Positions 38,904-48,530 of a stretch of 64,000 nucleotides of DNA are shown here, in pieces. Source of the DNA: Candidatus Zhuqueibacterota bacterium (lineage in GTDB: Bacteria > Zhuqueibacterota > Zhuqueibacteria > Residuimicrobiales > Residuimicrobiaceae); the NCBI GenBank assembly GCA_963169875.1, contig CAUJEL010000040.1, positions 93,570 to 157,569 on the forward strand. The letters run 5' to 3'. The position numbers and the translations under genes are program-made. Under the pieces are notes generated by a model. It ran no database searches, was not told where the DNA came from, and saw only the letters and a list, made by a program, of their open reading frames with translations. How positions within the stretch are numbered: position 1 is the stretch's first letter; each line of letters begins with the position of its first letter.

Positions 38904-39818
38904 ATGTTAAAAATTCCAGGCATCATGCTCATGGCATTTTTTCTAAACTTTTCCCAATTGACTCAGGGTTTTGCGATGGAAAAGAACGTGTCGCATCTGC
39001 AACAACAGATAGTAGACCTCACCGCCCATGAAACCGCTCACTTTGCGGTCGCTTATCGCGATCTCGGCAGCGGCGATTCGTTGTTCATCGATGCGGATAC
39101 GTTGATGCACGCCGCCAGCACCATGAAAGTGGCGGTCATGATCGAAGTCTTCCGCCAGGCGGATCAGGGTCTTTTCAATCTCGATGATTCATTGCTGGTC
39201 AAAAACGGGTTCGCCAGCATCGTGGACGGCCAGCCCTACGCCATCGAGCTGCCGGAGGCGGAATGGGATCCCACCGTGGGCCGGCTGGGGCACAAGATGC
39301 CCATCCGCGAACTGGTGCTGCACATGATCACCGTGAGCAGCAACCTCGCCACCAATGTGCTGGTGGACCGGGTCGGCGCATCGAACATACAAGCGACCAT
39401 CCGCAATCTTGGCACAAAGCATATGCAGGTGCTGCGCGGCGTCGAAGATCCCTACGCCTATGAAAAAGGACTCAACAACCGGGTCACGGCGGCAGATCTG
39501 GCCATTCTGCTGCAAGCCATCGCGGAGCATCGCGCCGCAGCGGCTGCGGCCTGCGATGAGATGATCCACATCATGCTGCAACAAAAATATCGCGATTGTC
39601 TGCCGGCGCTGCTGCCCGCGGAGGTGCAAGTGGCCAGCAAGAGCGGCTCGATCACCCGCATCTGCCACGACGCCGGGATCATCCTTCTGCCCGACGGACG
39701 GCGCTACGTCCTGGTGGTGCTCACCAGGGGCGAAGACAATCAGAAAAAAAGTTCAGACCTTATCGCCCGCATTTCGCGTTTGGTTTATGAGTATATGGTA
39801 ACAAAGGATTCCCGTTGA
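38904..39818 (+). CDS. Exported serine hydrolase, class A beta-lactamase-like fold
   Basis: AASTMK (SxxK), SSNLATN, KSG triad. Confidence 0.85.
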   Translation: MLKIPGIMLMAFFLNFSQLTQGFAMEKNVSHLQQQIVDLTAHETAHFAVAYRDLGSGDSLFIDADTLMHAASTMKVAVMIEVFRQADQGLFNLDDSLLVKNGFASIVDGQPYAIELPEAEWDPTVGRLGHKMPIRELVLHMITVSSNLATNVLVDRVGASNIQATIRNLGTKHMQVLRGVEDPYAYEKGLNNRVTAADLAILLQAIAEHRAAAAAACDEMIHIMLQQKYRDCLPALLPAEVQVASKSGSITRICHDAGIILLPDGRRYVLVVLTRGEDNQKKSSDLIARISRLVYEYMVTKDSR

Positions 39819-40867
39819 TGATTTCAGCAGATGATAAAATTGAAATTTTCCAGCTCATTGTCGCCAAGGAGTACCGCCAGGCTCTGGTGCTGCTGGATGC
39901 CATGATCGCCAGGGATGGGGCCTCTGAAGAGTGGCTGCGGCTCAAAGCGCGCTGTCTGCTGGGTCTGGACGATTTCGATGCCGCCTCAGAACTCTACAAT
40001 CGCATGCTCGAAAAAGGCGCAGCCTGTTCCGCGGCCGCGCGCGGGGAGGCCGCCCTGCTCCTGGGACAGAATAGTGCGGCGTGCACGTTTTTTGAACAGG
40101 CCGGTGCCGCCAACCTGGGGGACGATGGTTTGCTCCTCGCCGCCGCCGGCAGCTATCTCAGCGGCCGCATCGTAACCTGCATACATTACCTGGGTGTCTA
40201 TTTCAAGTCCGGCGCTGATTGGGACGAGGATGATCCCATCGATCTGGTCCTGCAGCAGGTGCTGGCGCGACATGAATTCTACGATTTTGAACAGATATAT
40301 CTGGATGTTCAGGAATCAGTCCTGGAAAGCGTGGAAAACCCGCGCAATCGCTGGTTTTCCATCAATATCCCGGTATATGAACTCTACACCGCCAGCACGC
40401 CCGCCAAACAACGCCAACGGGCCCAAGCCCTGGCAGCCATCCTGTCACCACAACAGAAAATCGAGTTCTCCGGCGCAACGCAGCAGCTGCAAAAAATTCT
40501 CCAGGATTTTGCCGCCAGCGAAGAGGACGCCCGCTTCGGGCTGGAAAGCCTGAAATTGTTGCATGAATCCAATTGGAGTGAACTCGCCAAGTTGGTTCTG
40601 GCCATGCAGCTGGAGCATTTAAAAGAATTCTCGGAGCGATTTGCGTTGACGCAGGAGCGCATAGCGCAGAGTTCCCTGCAGCAGATCATCCCGCTGCTGC
40701 CGCTGCGCCTGGCCATGGCTTTGATGGTGCTCTATGCCATCGCCGACAGCGAGGACCGGCTGTTGCAGCGCATGGTGCAGGAAATAGAAGGCGACATTCT
40801 GGCCGGACTCATCCAGCTCGCCTTTCAGGCCTTTTATGTGGAAATCGATCGCGCTGGAGGAGTCTGA
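39815..40867 (+). CDS. TPR-like helical hypothetical protein
   Basis: Ala/Leu-rich helical repeats in N-terminal half; overlaps the upstream stop codon. Confidence 0.7.
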   Translation: MMISADDKIEIFQLIVAKEYRQALVLLDAMIARDGASEEWLRLKARCLLGLDDFDAASELYNRMLEKGAACSAAARGEAALLLGQNSAACTFFEQAGAANLGDDGLLLAAAGSYLSGRIVTCIHYLGVYFKSGADWDEDDPIDLVLQQVLARHEFYDFEQIYLDVQESVLESVENPRNRWFSINIPVYELYTASTPAKQRQRAQALAAILSPQQKIEFSGATQQLQKILQDFAASEEDARFGLESLKLLHESNWSELAKLVLAMQLEHLKEFSERFALTQERIAQSSLQQIIPLLPLRLAMALMVLYAIADSEDRLLQRMVQEIEGDILAGLIQLAFQAFYVEIDRAGGV

Positions 40868-41054
40868 AACAACCACTGCGATCCCTCGCGATCTATAGTC
40901 TCTATCGCTTTTTTCCCGCTGAGACGCAGAGACGCTGATTAAAAGCTTTTTTTTCTGCGACTTGGCGCGAATCGTTTTTATCGTCCAGATCTGCCCAATG
41001 ATAAAATTCCCCGGGCGATCGAAATTTTACCCGTGCCCCCTGGGGCCAAATAGA

Positions 41055-44000
41055 TCATCCCCTTGATGCAGTCGTAGCGACTTGGTCAACACCGGACCCG
41101 CTGCTGCGCGCACCTGGCAGAGAATCGCACAAGATCCAGCGCTGCCAAATCAGGGTGACGGCCAGTATGAAGATCAGGCTGAGCAGATATCCGGTCTGCG
41201 CGCCGGGATAGGCCGCATAAACCATTCCCTTGACGGCCACGACCAGGTAGAGCGGAACAGCCAGCCACACCGCCGCGGACATATGGCGCCGCAATACCAG
41301 CACATAAGTGATGCAGAACAGTATCCCTTTCACGGCTCCCATCAGCAACCAGAATGCAATCGAACCGGATGCATCGACATCGGTCAAGGCGAGACCAGCC
41401 AGAATGATCAACAGAACCGCTGCCGGTTTTCTCCGGGTCCAGGCGTGACTCATCTGATCGACGACGACGAACAAGAGCAATAAAATCGTCCCGCTCATGA
41501 GCAACCCCGTTATCCCGTCGAGCGCCAGACCGGCAACCGTCCAGCGCTGGCTGAGGCCGCTGTAATCCGCCCACTTGGGTTCCAGGGACGGTGCCAGAGA
41601 GGCGATCACGGCGAGAACGCCCAGAATGAAAAATCCGGCGCCCAGCGCGGCAAGGGTGCTTCCCGATGTGGCTGCCGCCCAATAGCGCTGTTTGACGCGG
41701 ATAAAACCGTTCACCATGCCCACAGCGGCGCTGGCGACGACAACCGACAAGGCGGAAAAGATGACGGCCAGCAGAATTTGATGCTGCCACGGCGCCGCGG
41801 TCACAAATCTCGATTGCAGATTCGACCAGTTGTTGACCAGGCCGAAAAGCATGACCATCAGAAACAACAGACTGACCTTCAAAAAGAGCTTTACATCGAA
41901 TTGGCGGCGGCTCCAGTAGATGATCGCAAAGACCACTGCGACGATCAGGGCGATAATCGGCAAGGCGCCGCGCACGGTATCGATGATGTTGATCAAGGTA
42001 TTTTTCTCCCGCTCAGCCCGGCTCCACGCTTCGGGTACGTAGACCATCTGATAGGCGTTTGCGATCTCTTTGCCCGCCAGTTCAACCATGATCCGGCATT
42101 CACCGGAACGCAGCGGGTAGCGGGCGGTATCCGCCCAGACGAACTGCCAGTCGATGCGGTTTTTCAATTTCGTCGGCGTGACCGATACTTTTTTGAGTTG
42201 CGCCGCATCGAGTCCGAATCTATCCAACAGTGCGCCTTCAGCAATCGCCCGGGCCTCCTCGATGGCCAAAGAATCTCCGGGAGCGTTTTCGGGCAGAATA
42301 TGAATGTAACGCACTTGTTGAGGATTCACGAGTGCAAATTGGTATTCTTCCGCGCGCGCCACGACATCGCCTTCAAACAGGGCATGTCGAACCAGCCAGA
42401 AGGGACCCTGCATATAAGTGCCCATCAGCGCCGCATACATCGAGTCCCCCTCTTCCTGCCAGATAAAGCGGTCATTCTGGTTCAGCGGCGATTCCAAGCG
42501 GCTGAGTCGTTTCCACGCCGGCGGCAGTGCTATACCCTGCTCGGCCAGCCGTTCCTGGGCGATTTTTTCGGCCATGTCTCGGTTCAGCACAAGCCGGGGA
42601 GAATCGACCTCCCAGGTTGTAAAAGCGCCCCAGAGGAGCACACCGGCGATCCCGGCCAGGGCAAACCACAGGGTGATGCGTTTGCTGCTTTGCAGTATGG
42701 CAGGCTGTTCCGCCTGCACCTCCTCGCGATGCACCGGGGCGGATGGCAGGAAGGCCTGGTTCTTCAGTTCTTCCGGCGCCGCAGGCGACCATTTTTTCTC
42801 GCGCAAACGCGCCCGCAGCACAATCCACAACGGGATCAGCGTGAACAGGATGACCAGCAGCTGCTGCACCCAGATACCTGGGGACGAGGAGACAAACAGC
42901 GGCAGCGCGAACCAGACCACATCATAGGCGAAATGAAGGATAATGCCGGGCAGCAAGCCGAAATAGAGATAGACCAGGCCGAAAGCAATAGACGGCAGGA
43001 GGAGTTCCACGACCCGGGCATAAGCGGGCTGCATCGGGTAATTGGCATGGCCGGCCCCGAAGATGAGCGCCTGCACCAGAAACGCTGCAACGAGCCATAC
43101 TTTTTCCCGACCGTATTTGCGGCCGATGAGCACGGCGCCGGCAATGGGTATGGCCCGGAACAGGCACTCCTCCCAGAATCCGGCATGCAGGGAGATGGCT
43201 ACAGAAGAAAGCCAGGGTTGATAGGTGGCGAGGATATCGGGATCAAACAGGGAACTCGACGGGGTCCACCAGCCCAGGACGCGGGTGGCAAAGAAATAGA
43301 GCCCGATATCAAAGGCAAAAAAGAGGCTCACGCCGAGGAATCCCCCCACTGTATGGCCCAACACCGGTTTGCTGGCCGTTGCCGGTGAAAGCCAGTTTTT
43401 CCATAACTGAATCTGATGCGGGAAGGCCTTTCGGGTCAGACCCTCCGCCGCCATAAAAGTCAACGTCAATAGCAGCGTCTCACCCAGAAATATCAATAGC
43501 AGCTGCAGGATTTGCTGCATGAAAAAACTGTTGTAAGAAATGGCCGTATCATAGCCCATCCACAGCAGCGGCCACTGGTTCAACTGGGCCAGTGCCTGAA
43601 GCAAACCAATGCCGAGCCCCCACAGAAGCGCGGTGCGCCATTGCAGCCAGCGTTCCTTGAGCAGATAAAACAGACCAAAGCCGATGCCCAACAGACCGTA
43701 TAGCACTGCCACAGCGAACAGGGCCACCGAGGCCAGGGTATCGTTGGTGGAGCGCATCTCCTGATACCGCCGCTCAAACGCCTCCGGCACCTTGACATAG
43801 TGCTGCAATCCGGTCACTTGCGCACCGGAAACGGTCACGGCCAGCCGGTACAAGCCTTCACCCAGTTTCTGATCGCTTCTTTCAAAGGTGAACAGGTGAT
43901 CCGTGCGCCCGCCGATGCGTTTCTCAAGGGATTTTTCAATCAAGGCGTAGGGGCTGAGATCGATACCCCATTTATGCGCACCCGTCCGGGCGATGGCCAG

Positions 44001-44438
44001 GGCCGAGTCAACGGCCAGGGAAGCACCCGGCTGGTTCTCCGGCAATTGCTGCGTAAAACCATAAAAACGGCCGTCCGGGGTGAAGCGCAGGACGGTCTCT
44101 GTTTTTTCATTCTCCTTGAAATGGCGGACGATCCACTTGTAGGGCGCATAGAGATCGCCCTCGAGCAGTTCGTTAAACGCGTCAACACCGCCCGCCTCCA
44201 GCTCGACAAAATGTTGCAACTCGCTGTCCAGGGAAAATGTGGCTGCCTGCTGACAGGGCGCCGGGCCCCATCCCTCCTGCTCAGCCAGTTGCAGGGCTCT
44301 GGTCAGCGCCTGCTGCCGGCTCATGCTGATCTTGACATTGGCGATCGGGTAGGCCTTGGGAAAATAGGCGAATGTAAAAAGAACACCGAGGGCGCTGAGA
44401 ATGACAAATACGATCCAAAACAAGCTTTTGCGGGTCAT
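41055..44438 (-). CDS. Large (1127 aa) CPBP/CAAX-protease-family membrane protein
   Basis: GFWEECLFRA, FGAGH, HFAYD motifs; two related extracytoplasmic domains. Confidence 0.85.
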   Translation of the reverse strand: MTRKSLFWIVFVILSALGVLFTFAYFPKAYPIANVKISMSRQQALTRALQLAEQEGWGPAPCQQAATFSLDSELQHFVELEAGGVDAFNELLEGDLYAPYKWIVRHFKENEKTETVLRFTPDGRFYGFTQQLPENQPGASLAVDSALAIARTGAHKWGIDLSPYALIEKSLEKRIGGRTDHLFTFERSDQKLGEGLYRLAVTVSGAQVTGLQHYVKVPEAFERRYQEMRSTNDTLASVALFAVAVLYGLLGIGFGLFYLLKERWLQWRTALLWGLGIGLLQALAQLNQWPLLWMGYDTAISYNSFFMQQILQLLLIFLGETLLLTLTFMAAEGLTRKAFPHQIQLWKNWLSPATASKPVLGHTVGGFLGVSLFFAFDIGLYFFATRVLGWWTPSSSLFDPDILATYQPWLSSVAISLHAGFWEECLFRAIPIAGAVLIGRKYGREKVWLVAAFLVQALIFGAGHANYPMQPAYARVVELLLPSIAFGLVYLYFGLLPGIILHFAYDVVWFALPLFVSSSPGIWVQQLLVILFTLIPLWIVLRARLREKKWSPAAPEELKNQAFLPSAPVHREEVQAEQPAILQSSKRITLWFALAGIAGVLLWGAFTTWEVDSPRLVLNRDMAEKIAQERLAEQGIALPPAWKRLSRLESPLNQNDRFIWQEEGDSMYAALMGTYMQGPFWLVRHALFEGDVVARAEEYQFALVNPQQVRYIHILPENAPGDSLAIEEARAIAEGALLDRFGLDAAQLKKVSVTPTKLKNRIDWQFVWADTARYPLRSGECRIMVELAGKEIANAYQMVYVPEAWSRAEREKNTLINIIDTVRGALPIIALIVAVVFAIIYWSRRQFDVKLFLKVSLLFLMVMLFGLVNNWSNLQSRFVTAAPWQHQILLAVIFSALSVVVASAAVGMVNGFIRVKQRYWAAATSGSTLAALGAGFFILGVLAVIASLAPSLEPKWADYSGLSQRWTVAGLALDGITGLLMSGTILLLLFVVVDQMSHAWTRRKPAAVLLIILAGLALTDVDASGSIAFWLLMGAVKGILFCITYVLVLRRHMSAAVWLAVPLYLVVAVKGMVYAAYPGAQTGYLLSLIFILAVTLIWQRWILCDSLPGARSSGSGVDQVATTASRG

Positions 44439-44609
44439 AGAATCCTCGCTTTCGTGAAATCCGCCCTTTCCGTCCAGATGATTTAATTCCGGAGGGGCTT
44501 CCAGGTACAGTACACCAGCCTATCCGGGTAATAATAGTAGATATTGAAGCCAAAATCAAGTAAAAATCCCCCGTGACCATGATGGCGCGGACTAGCTTTG
44601 CGCCGCGCC

Positions 44610-44768
44610 ATCGCGCGGGTCTGCTGGCAGCACGCGGTCGCTCATGCGATACGCGTTTGTTCGCGCGACACTCGTTCGCTGGCGCAGGGGCTTGCGAACA
44701 AGCGCATGCCGCCGGCGATTCGGCGCAGATTGACAAACCTTCATCTCAGAATAGCGGCAGACCCGCGC
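44610..44768. repeat. REP-like element family A, copy 2
   Basis: GCGCGGGTCTGCTG / CGGCAGACCCGCGC TIR; 20-bp perfect inverted match to 21821-21840. Confidence 0.7.
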
Positions 44769-44875
44769 ATTTTTTGAGACGTTCCGCAAGCTCACGAGGC
44801 CTTTTTGCCAATTCATCCACGCAATCGCAACAGATGCGCGCGCTTTTGCAGACATTTGGCCGCGCCAAAATTGCC

Positions 44876-44904
44876 TTGACTTTCTGGCTTTAAAAACCTA
44901 AAAT
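44876..44904 (+). promoter_or_regulatory. Sigma70 promoter of pruA
   Basis: TTGACT-17nt-TAAAAT. Confidence 0.65.
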
Positions 44905-44967
44905 AAGACGCAAAAAAAGCAAGAGATTCCCGTCTTGCAGAACACCTATTCGATCAGGAGGCGTTTT

Positions 44968-46518
44968 ATGCTGTATGAATTCCGTAATGAAGCCTACACC
45001 GATTTTTCAAAACCGGAAAACCGTCAGAAACAGGAAGAAGCCCTCAAACTGGTGGCCAGCCAATCCAATCGCGTCTATCCCCTCTACATCGATGGCAAGG
45101 ATGTAACCACCGATAAATACATCAAATCCTGCAATCCTTCTCATACCAGTCAGCTGGTTGGGACTTTTCATAAAGCCGGCAAAGCCGAGGTCGATCTGGC
45201 CATGGATGCCGCCCTGCGCGCTTTTGAAAAATGGCGTCTGGTGTCGCCCAAGGAACGCGCGATTGTCCTGTTGAAAGCCGCCCAGATCATGCGGCGCCGC
45301 CGCTTCGAGGTCAACGCCTGGATGATCACCGAAATCGGCAAGAGCTGGATCGAGGCGGAAGCGGACATGGCCGAAGCCATCGATTTTCTCGATTTTTATG
45401 CCCGGGAGATGCTGCGCTGGAGCGAAATCAAGGGCACCCTGCCCTTCCCGAACGAATTCCCCGAACTCAGCTATATTCCCCTCGGCGTCGGCGCGGTGAT
45501 TCCGCCGTGGAATTTTCCCATGGCCATTCTCACCGGCATGACCACCGCCGCCATTGTCACCGGCAATACCGTACTGCTCAAACCCGCATCGGACACCCCC
45601 TGCATCGGTTACCTCCTGGTGGAGATCATGAAAGAAGCCGGATTGCCCCCCGGGGTGCTCAATTTCATCCCCGGCAGCGGCGCCGAGATCGGTGACTATA
45701 TCGTCAGCCATCCCAAAACCCGTTTCATCTCCTTCACCGGTTCCAAGGAAGTGGGCTTGCGCATCAATCAGCTGGCCGCCCAGGTCTCACCGGGGCAGAT
45801 TTGGGTTAAGCGGGTTGTCGCCGAGATGGGCGGCAAGGACACCATTGTGGTGGACAGCGACACCGATTTGAACGAAGCGGCCACTGCGGTGGTGGCTTCG
45901 GCCTTTGGCTTTCAGGGGCAGAAATGCTCAGCCTGTTCGCGTGTCATCGTGGTGGAAGAAATCTACGAAAAACTGCTCTCCCTGATTGTTGAAAAAACCA
46001 AAAAGCTCACCGTCGGGCCGCCCGAGTTGCCAACCACCTATATGGGGCCGGTGGCCAATCAGGCTTCCGAAGAAAAAATCCTCAGCTACATTGAAATCGG
46101 CAAGAAAGACGGCCGCTTGATGTGCGGTGGCGAAAAAGCGCCGGGCGATGGCTATTATATCCAGCCGACCATCTTTGCCGACATCAAACCCGGCACGCCG
46201 CTGGACCAGGAAGAAATCTTCGGACCGGTATTGGCGGTCATCAAAGCCAAAAATTTTGATCAGGCACTGGAGCTGGCCAATGCGACCGAATTCGGTCTCA
46301 CCGCTGCGGTTTGGACCAGCAACCGCTATAAAATCGAAGAGGCGAAAAACAAGGTGCATGTGGGCAATCTGTACATCAACCGCAAATGCACCGGCGCCAT
46401 GGTGGGCATCCACCCCTTTGGCGGATTTAACATGAGCGGCACCGATTCCAAGGCGGGCGGCATGGATTATCTCGGTTTGTTCATGCAGGCCAAATCGGTT
46501 TCGGAGAGACTCATCTAA
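44968..46518 (+). CDS. pruA: L-glutamate gamma-semialdehyde (P5C) dehydrogenase
   Basis: IPPWNFP, FTGSKEVG, AEMGGKD, GFQGQKCSACSR, EEIFGP, GNLYINR. Confidence 0.95.
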   Translation: MLYEFRNEAYTDFSKPENRQKQEEALKLVASQSNRVYPLYIDGKDVTTDKYIKSCNPSHTSQLVGTFHKAGKAEVDLAMDAALRAFEKWRLVSPKERAIVLLKAAQIMRRRRFEVNAWMITEIGKSWIEAEADMAEAIDFLDFYAREMLRWSEIKGTLPFPNEFPELSYIPLGVGAVIPPWNFPMAILTGMTTAAIVTGNTVLLKPASDTPCIGYLLVEIMKEAGLPPGVLNFIPGSGAEIGDYIVSHPKTRFISFTGSKEVGLRINQLAAQVSPGQIWVKRVVAEMGGKDTIVVDSDTDLNEAATAVVASAFGFQGQKCSACSRVIVVEEIYEKLLSLIVEKTKKLTVGPPELPTTYMGPVANQASEEKILSYIEIGKKDGRLMCGGEKAPGDGYYIQPTIFADIKPGTPLDQEEIFGPVLAVIKAKNFDQALELANATEFGLTAAVWTSNRYKIEEAKNKVHVGNLYINRKCTGAMVGIHPFGGFNMSGTDSKAGGMDYLGLFMQAKSVSERLI

Positions 46519-46527
46519 GCTGATCTA

Positions 46528-46667
46528 TTCACCGCCGAACGCAGAGACACGCAAAGGAAGAAAAACGTTCAACTGGTGTTGATCAAGATCGAGATGAAAC
46601 TCAAATCAGCACTTGTTCTGTAATCACAGCAAAAACATCTCTGCGGTCTCTGCGCGCTTGGCGTTTT
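46528..46667. repeat. Repeat family B copy with inverted partner
   Basis: TTCACCGCCGAACGCAGAGACACGCAAAG at 46528-56 and CTCTGCGGTCTCTGCGCGCTTGGCGTT about 90 nt downstream. Confidence 0.65.
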
Positions 46668-46937
46668 ATGAAAAGAACAGACTAAAGGACGTATAGGCCG
46701 AAATCAGTGGACTCCACCTGCTTTTGGCGGGGCCCAACTTGACTATTCCCGGCCGATTGCGGATGCTCCACAGTGGTGCTTATCAGCGGCCGTCGGGTTG
46801 CGGCGCGTTGGCAACAGTTCCAGCTTCATCTGCTGAAAAAACCGTCTATAGACGGAAGTACAAACCATGGCATGCCGCAAAAGGCGCCAGAAAACCCGCT
46901 GAACATGTGCCCGAGCCTGTCTCAGCCTGCTTCCCAC

Positions 46938-46984
46938 AATAAAAAATCCCGGTGTAATTGATCTACACCGGGATTTTTATTTTT
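46938..46984. terminator. Bidirectional terminator
   Basis: AAAAATCCCGGTGTA-N7-TACACCGGGATTTTT with A/T tails. Confidence 0.85.
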
Positions 46985-47006
46985 CAAGCGCTACTGCAAC
47001 AGCCGA

Positions 47007-47516
47007 TCAGAACCCCACACCGCAGGCAGGGCGCATGCCGCGCGGACCGCGGAAGGAATGTCCACCACGGCCAGGCCTGCCTTCGCGACCAAATTCATGC
47101 AGGCGTTTGCCGCGCTGTTCCTGCCAAATCTTGCGTTGTTCGGGCGTCAGCATATCCCGCATCTTGAGACGGTGCGCGATCTGCTTTTTCTGGATTTCCG
47201 CTTTGACTTTGGCCAAATCATCGACCAGCGCATTGATCCTGGCGATATTGGGTTGTTCTGCAGCCATCTCTTCCTGCAAATCGATCTGTTTGGATTCGAG
47301 ATTGCCGCGCAGCGGGATCATCTCTTTGCGCATTTGCGTGCGCAAAGTCTGCATGGATTTCTTCTGCTCGGCGGTCAGCTCCAGCTTCTCCATGGGTGCG
47401 GCGTCGTCCATCCACTCTGGACCATCACCCGGTTCCATCATCGCCGCTGGCGGCTGCGCCCAGGCGTTGAACGCCACGGCAAAAAATATCATGGCAAGGG
47501 TTAATAAGCGTTTCAT
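47007..47516 (-). CDS. Spy/CpxP/ZraP-family periplasmic protein
   Basis: Signal peptide; LTAEQ and LTPEQ motifs. Confidence 0.9.
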   Translation of the reverse strand: MKRLLTLAMIFFAVAFNAWAQPPAAMMEPGDGPEWMDDAAPMEKLELTAEQKKSMQTLRTQMRKEMIPLRGNLESKQIDLQEEMAAEQPNIARINALVDDLAKVKAEIQKKQIAHRLKMRDMLTPEQRKIWQEQRGKRLHEFGREGRPGRGGHSFRGPRGMRPACGVGF

Positions 47517-47544
47517 ATGAATCTCCTTTTGTTTGTTTTTTCGT

Positions 47545-48048
47545 TTAGCGCTGCCGGTCCGGCATCAGACCCCGGGGTCCGCGCCGGAAATCGGGCATGC
47601 GTTTTTCCATCACTTTGAGCAAATTGGTCCACTGTTCTTCGTTCAAAACGGCGCGCATGGCGAGAAAATGTTCAACCGTCACCCGTTCCAGATCACCCTG
47701 CAATCTGGTGATGCGCTGCAAGGCGAGATCGATGGAGTCGCGTGCTGCTGGCTGCTGGCCCATCAGCCGCATCAGATCGCGCCGGGTGGCATCGAGTTCC
47801 CGGGCAAGCGGTTGCATCTTTTCATGGTACGCACTGCGCAAGCCCTGAAGCTCCGGCCGCATGCCGAACGGCCGCCCGCTGCCATCCGGTGGGGGGCCAT
47901 CCGGCCACCTGTTGTTTCTTGAATGCAGCATCCACGGCGCATCCATGGGTGGAGGCCCCGGCTTTTGCCAGAAATATATCAGCGTGCCAACCGCAGCGAT
48001 ATTGATGGTCAGGGAAAAGACCAGCAGAGCAATCACCCATTTATTCAT
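47545..48048 (-). CDS. Membrane-anchored periplasmic heavy-metal-sensor/Spy-like protein
   Basis: FSLTINIAAVG TM; LNEEQ motif. Confidence 0.8.
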   Translation of the reverse strand: MNKWVIALLVFSLTINIAAVGTLIYFWQKPGPPPMDAPWMLHSRNNRWPDGPPPDGSGRPFGMRPELQGLRSAYHEKMQPLARELDATRRDLMRLMGQQPAARDSIDLALQRITRLQGDLERVTVEHFLAMRAVLNEEQWTNLLKVMEKRMPDFRRGPRGLMPDRQR

Positions 48049-48493
48049 TTTCTCCCCCTTCCTGCCAGGTTATCTGCAGATAATTCGATGTCAAGGAACC
48101 CTCGCTCATCTCGCTGTATAAAGCGGCTTCATCCGATTGATTGATATCCTGGGTCACGTCTGGCCAGTGCGTCGACAAATTTGCGCCCAACAGAGCGCCG
48201 ATGGCGAGCCCGGCGGCGACCATCGCAGGAATCAACCATCTGTTGAGCATTCCCGCGGGCGCGCCGGTGCGACGCGGCGCAGTGACCGCGGCACGAACCC
48301 TGCTGATCATGAAAAGATCCGGCGGCAGGGTGTCAGGTTCTGCCATCCAGCCATAGACCCCTTTCAGTTCCGCCGCCACCCGGCTGCACTGGGGACAATC
48401 CAGCAAATGCGCCTGAATCGTGGCCGTTGCCTGTTGATCCAGTTCGCCGTCCTGGAAAGCGGACAGCCTCTTTTGTACCATTGTGCAGTTCAT
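48041..48493 (-). CDS. Zinc-finger (zf-HC2) anti-sigma factor
   Basis: C..LSAFQDGEL..HLLDCPQC plus one TM. Confidence 0.9.
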   Translation of the reverse strand: MNCTMVQKRLSAFQDGELDQQATATIQAHLLDCPQCSRVAAELKGVYGWMAEPDTLPPDLFMISRVRAAVTAPRRTGAPAGMLNRWLIPAMVAAGLAIGALLGANLSTHWPDVTQDINQSDEAALYSEMSEGSLTSNYLQITWQEGGENE

Positions 48494-48530
48494 AATACTC
48501 TCTTTATGTTACCACCCATTTTGGTTGCGG

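Noticed and set aside
38904-39818. Antibiotic-resistance beta-lactamase call
   Set aside because: It has the fold motifs, but SSN replaces SDN and the housekeeping operon context fits a generic serine hydrolase; activity is unproven.
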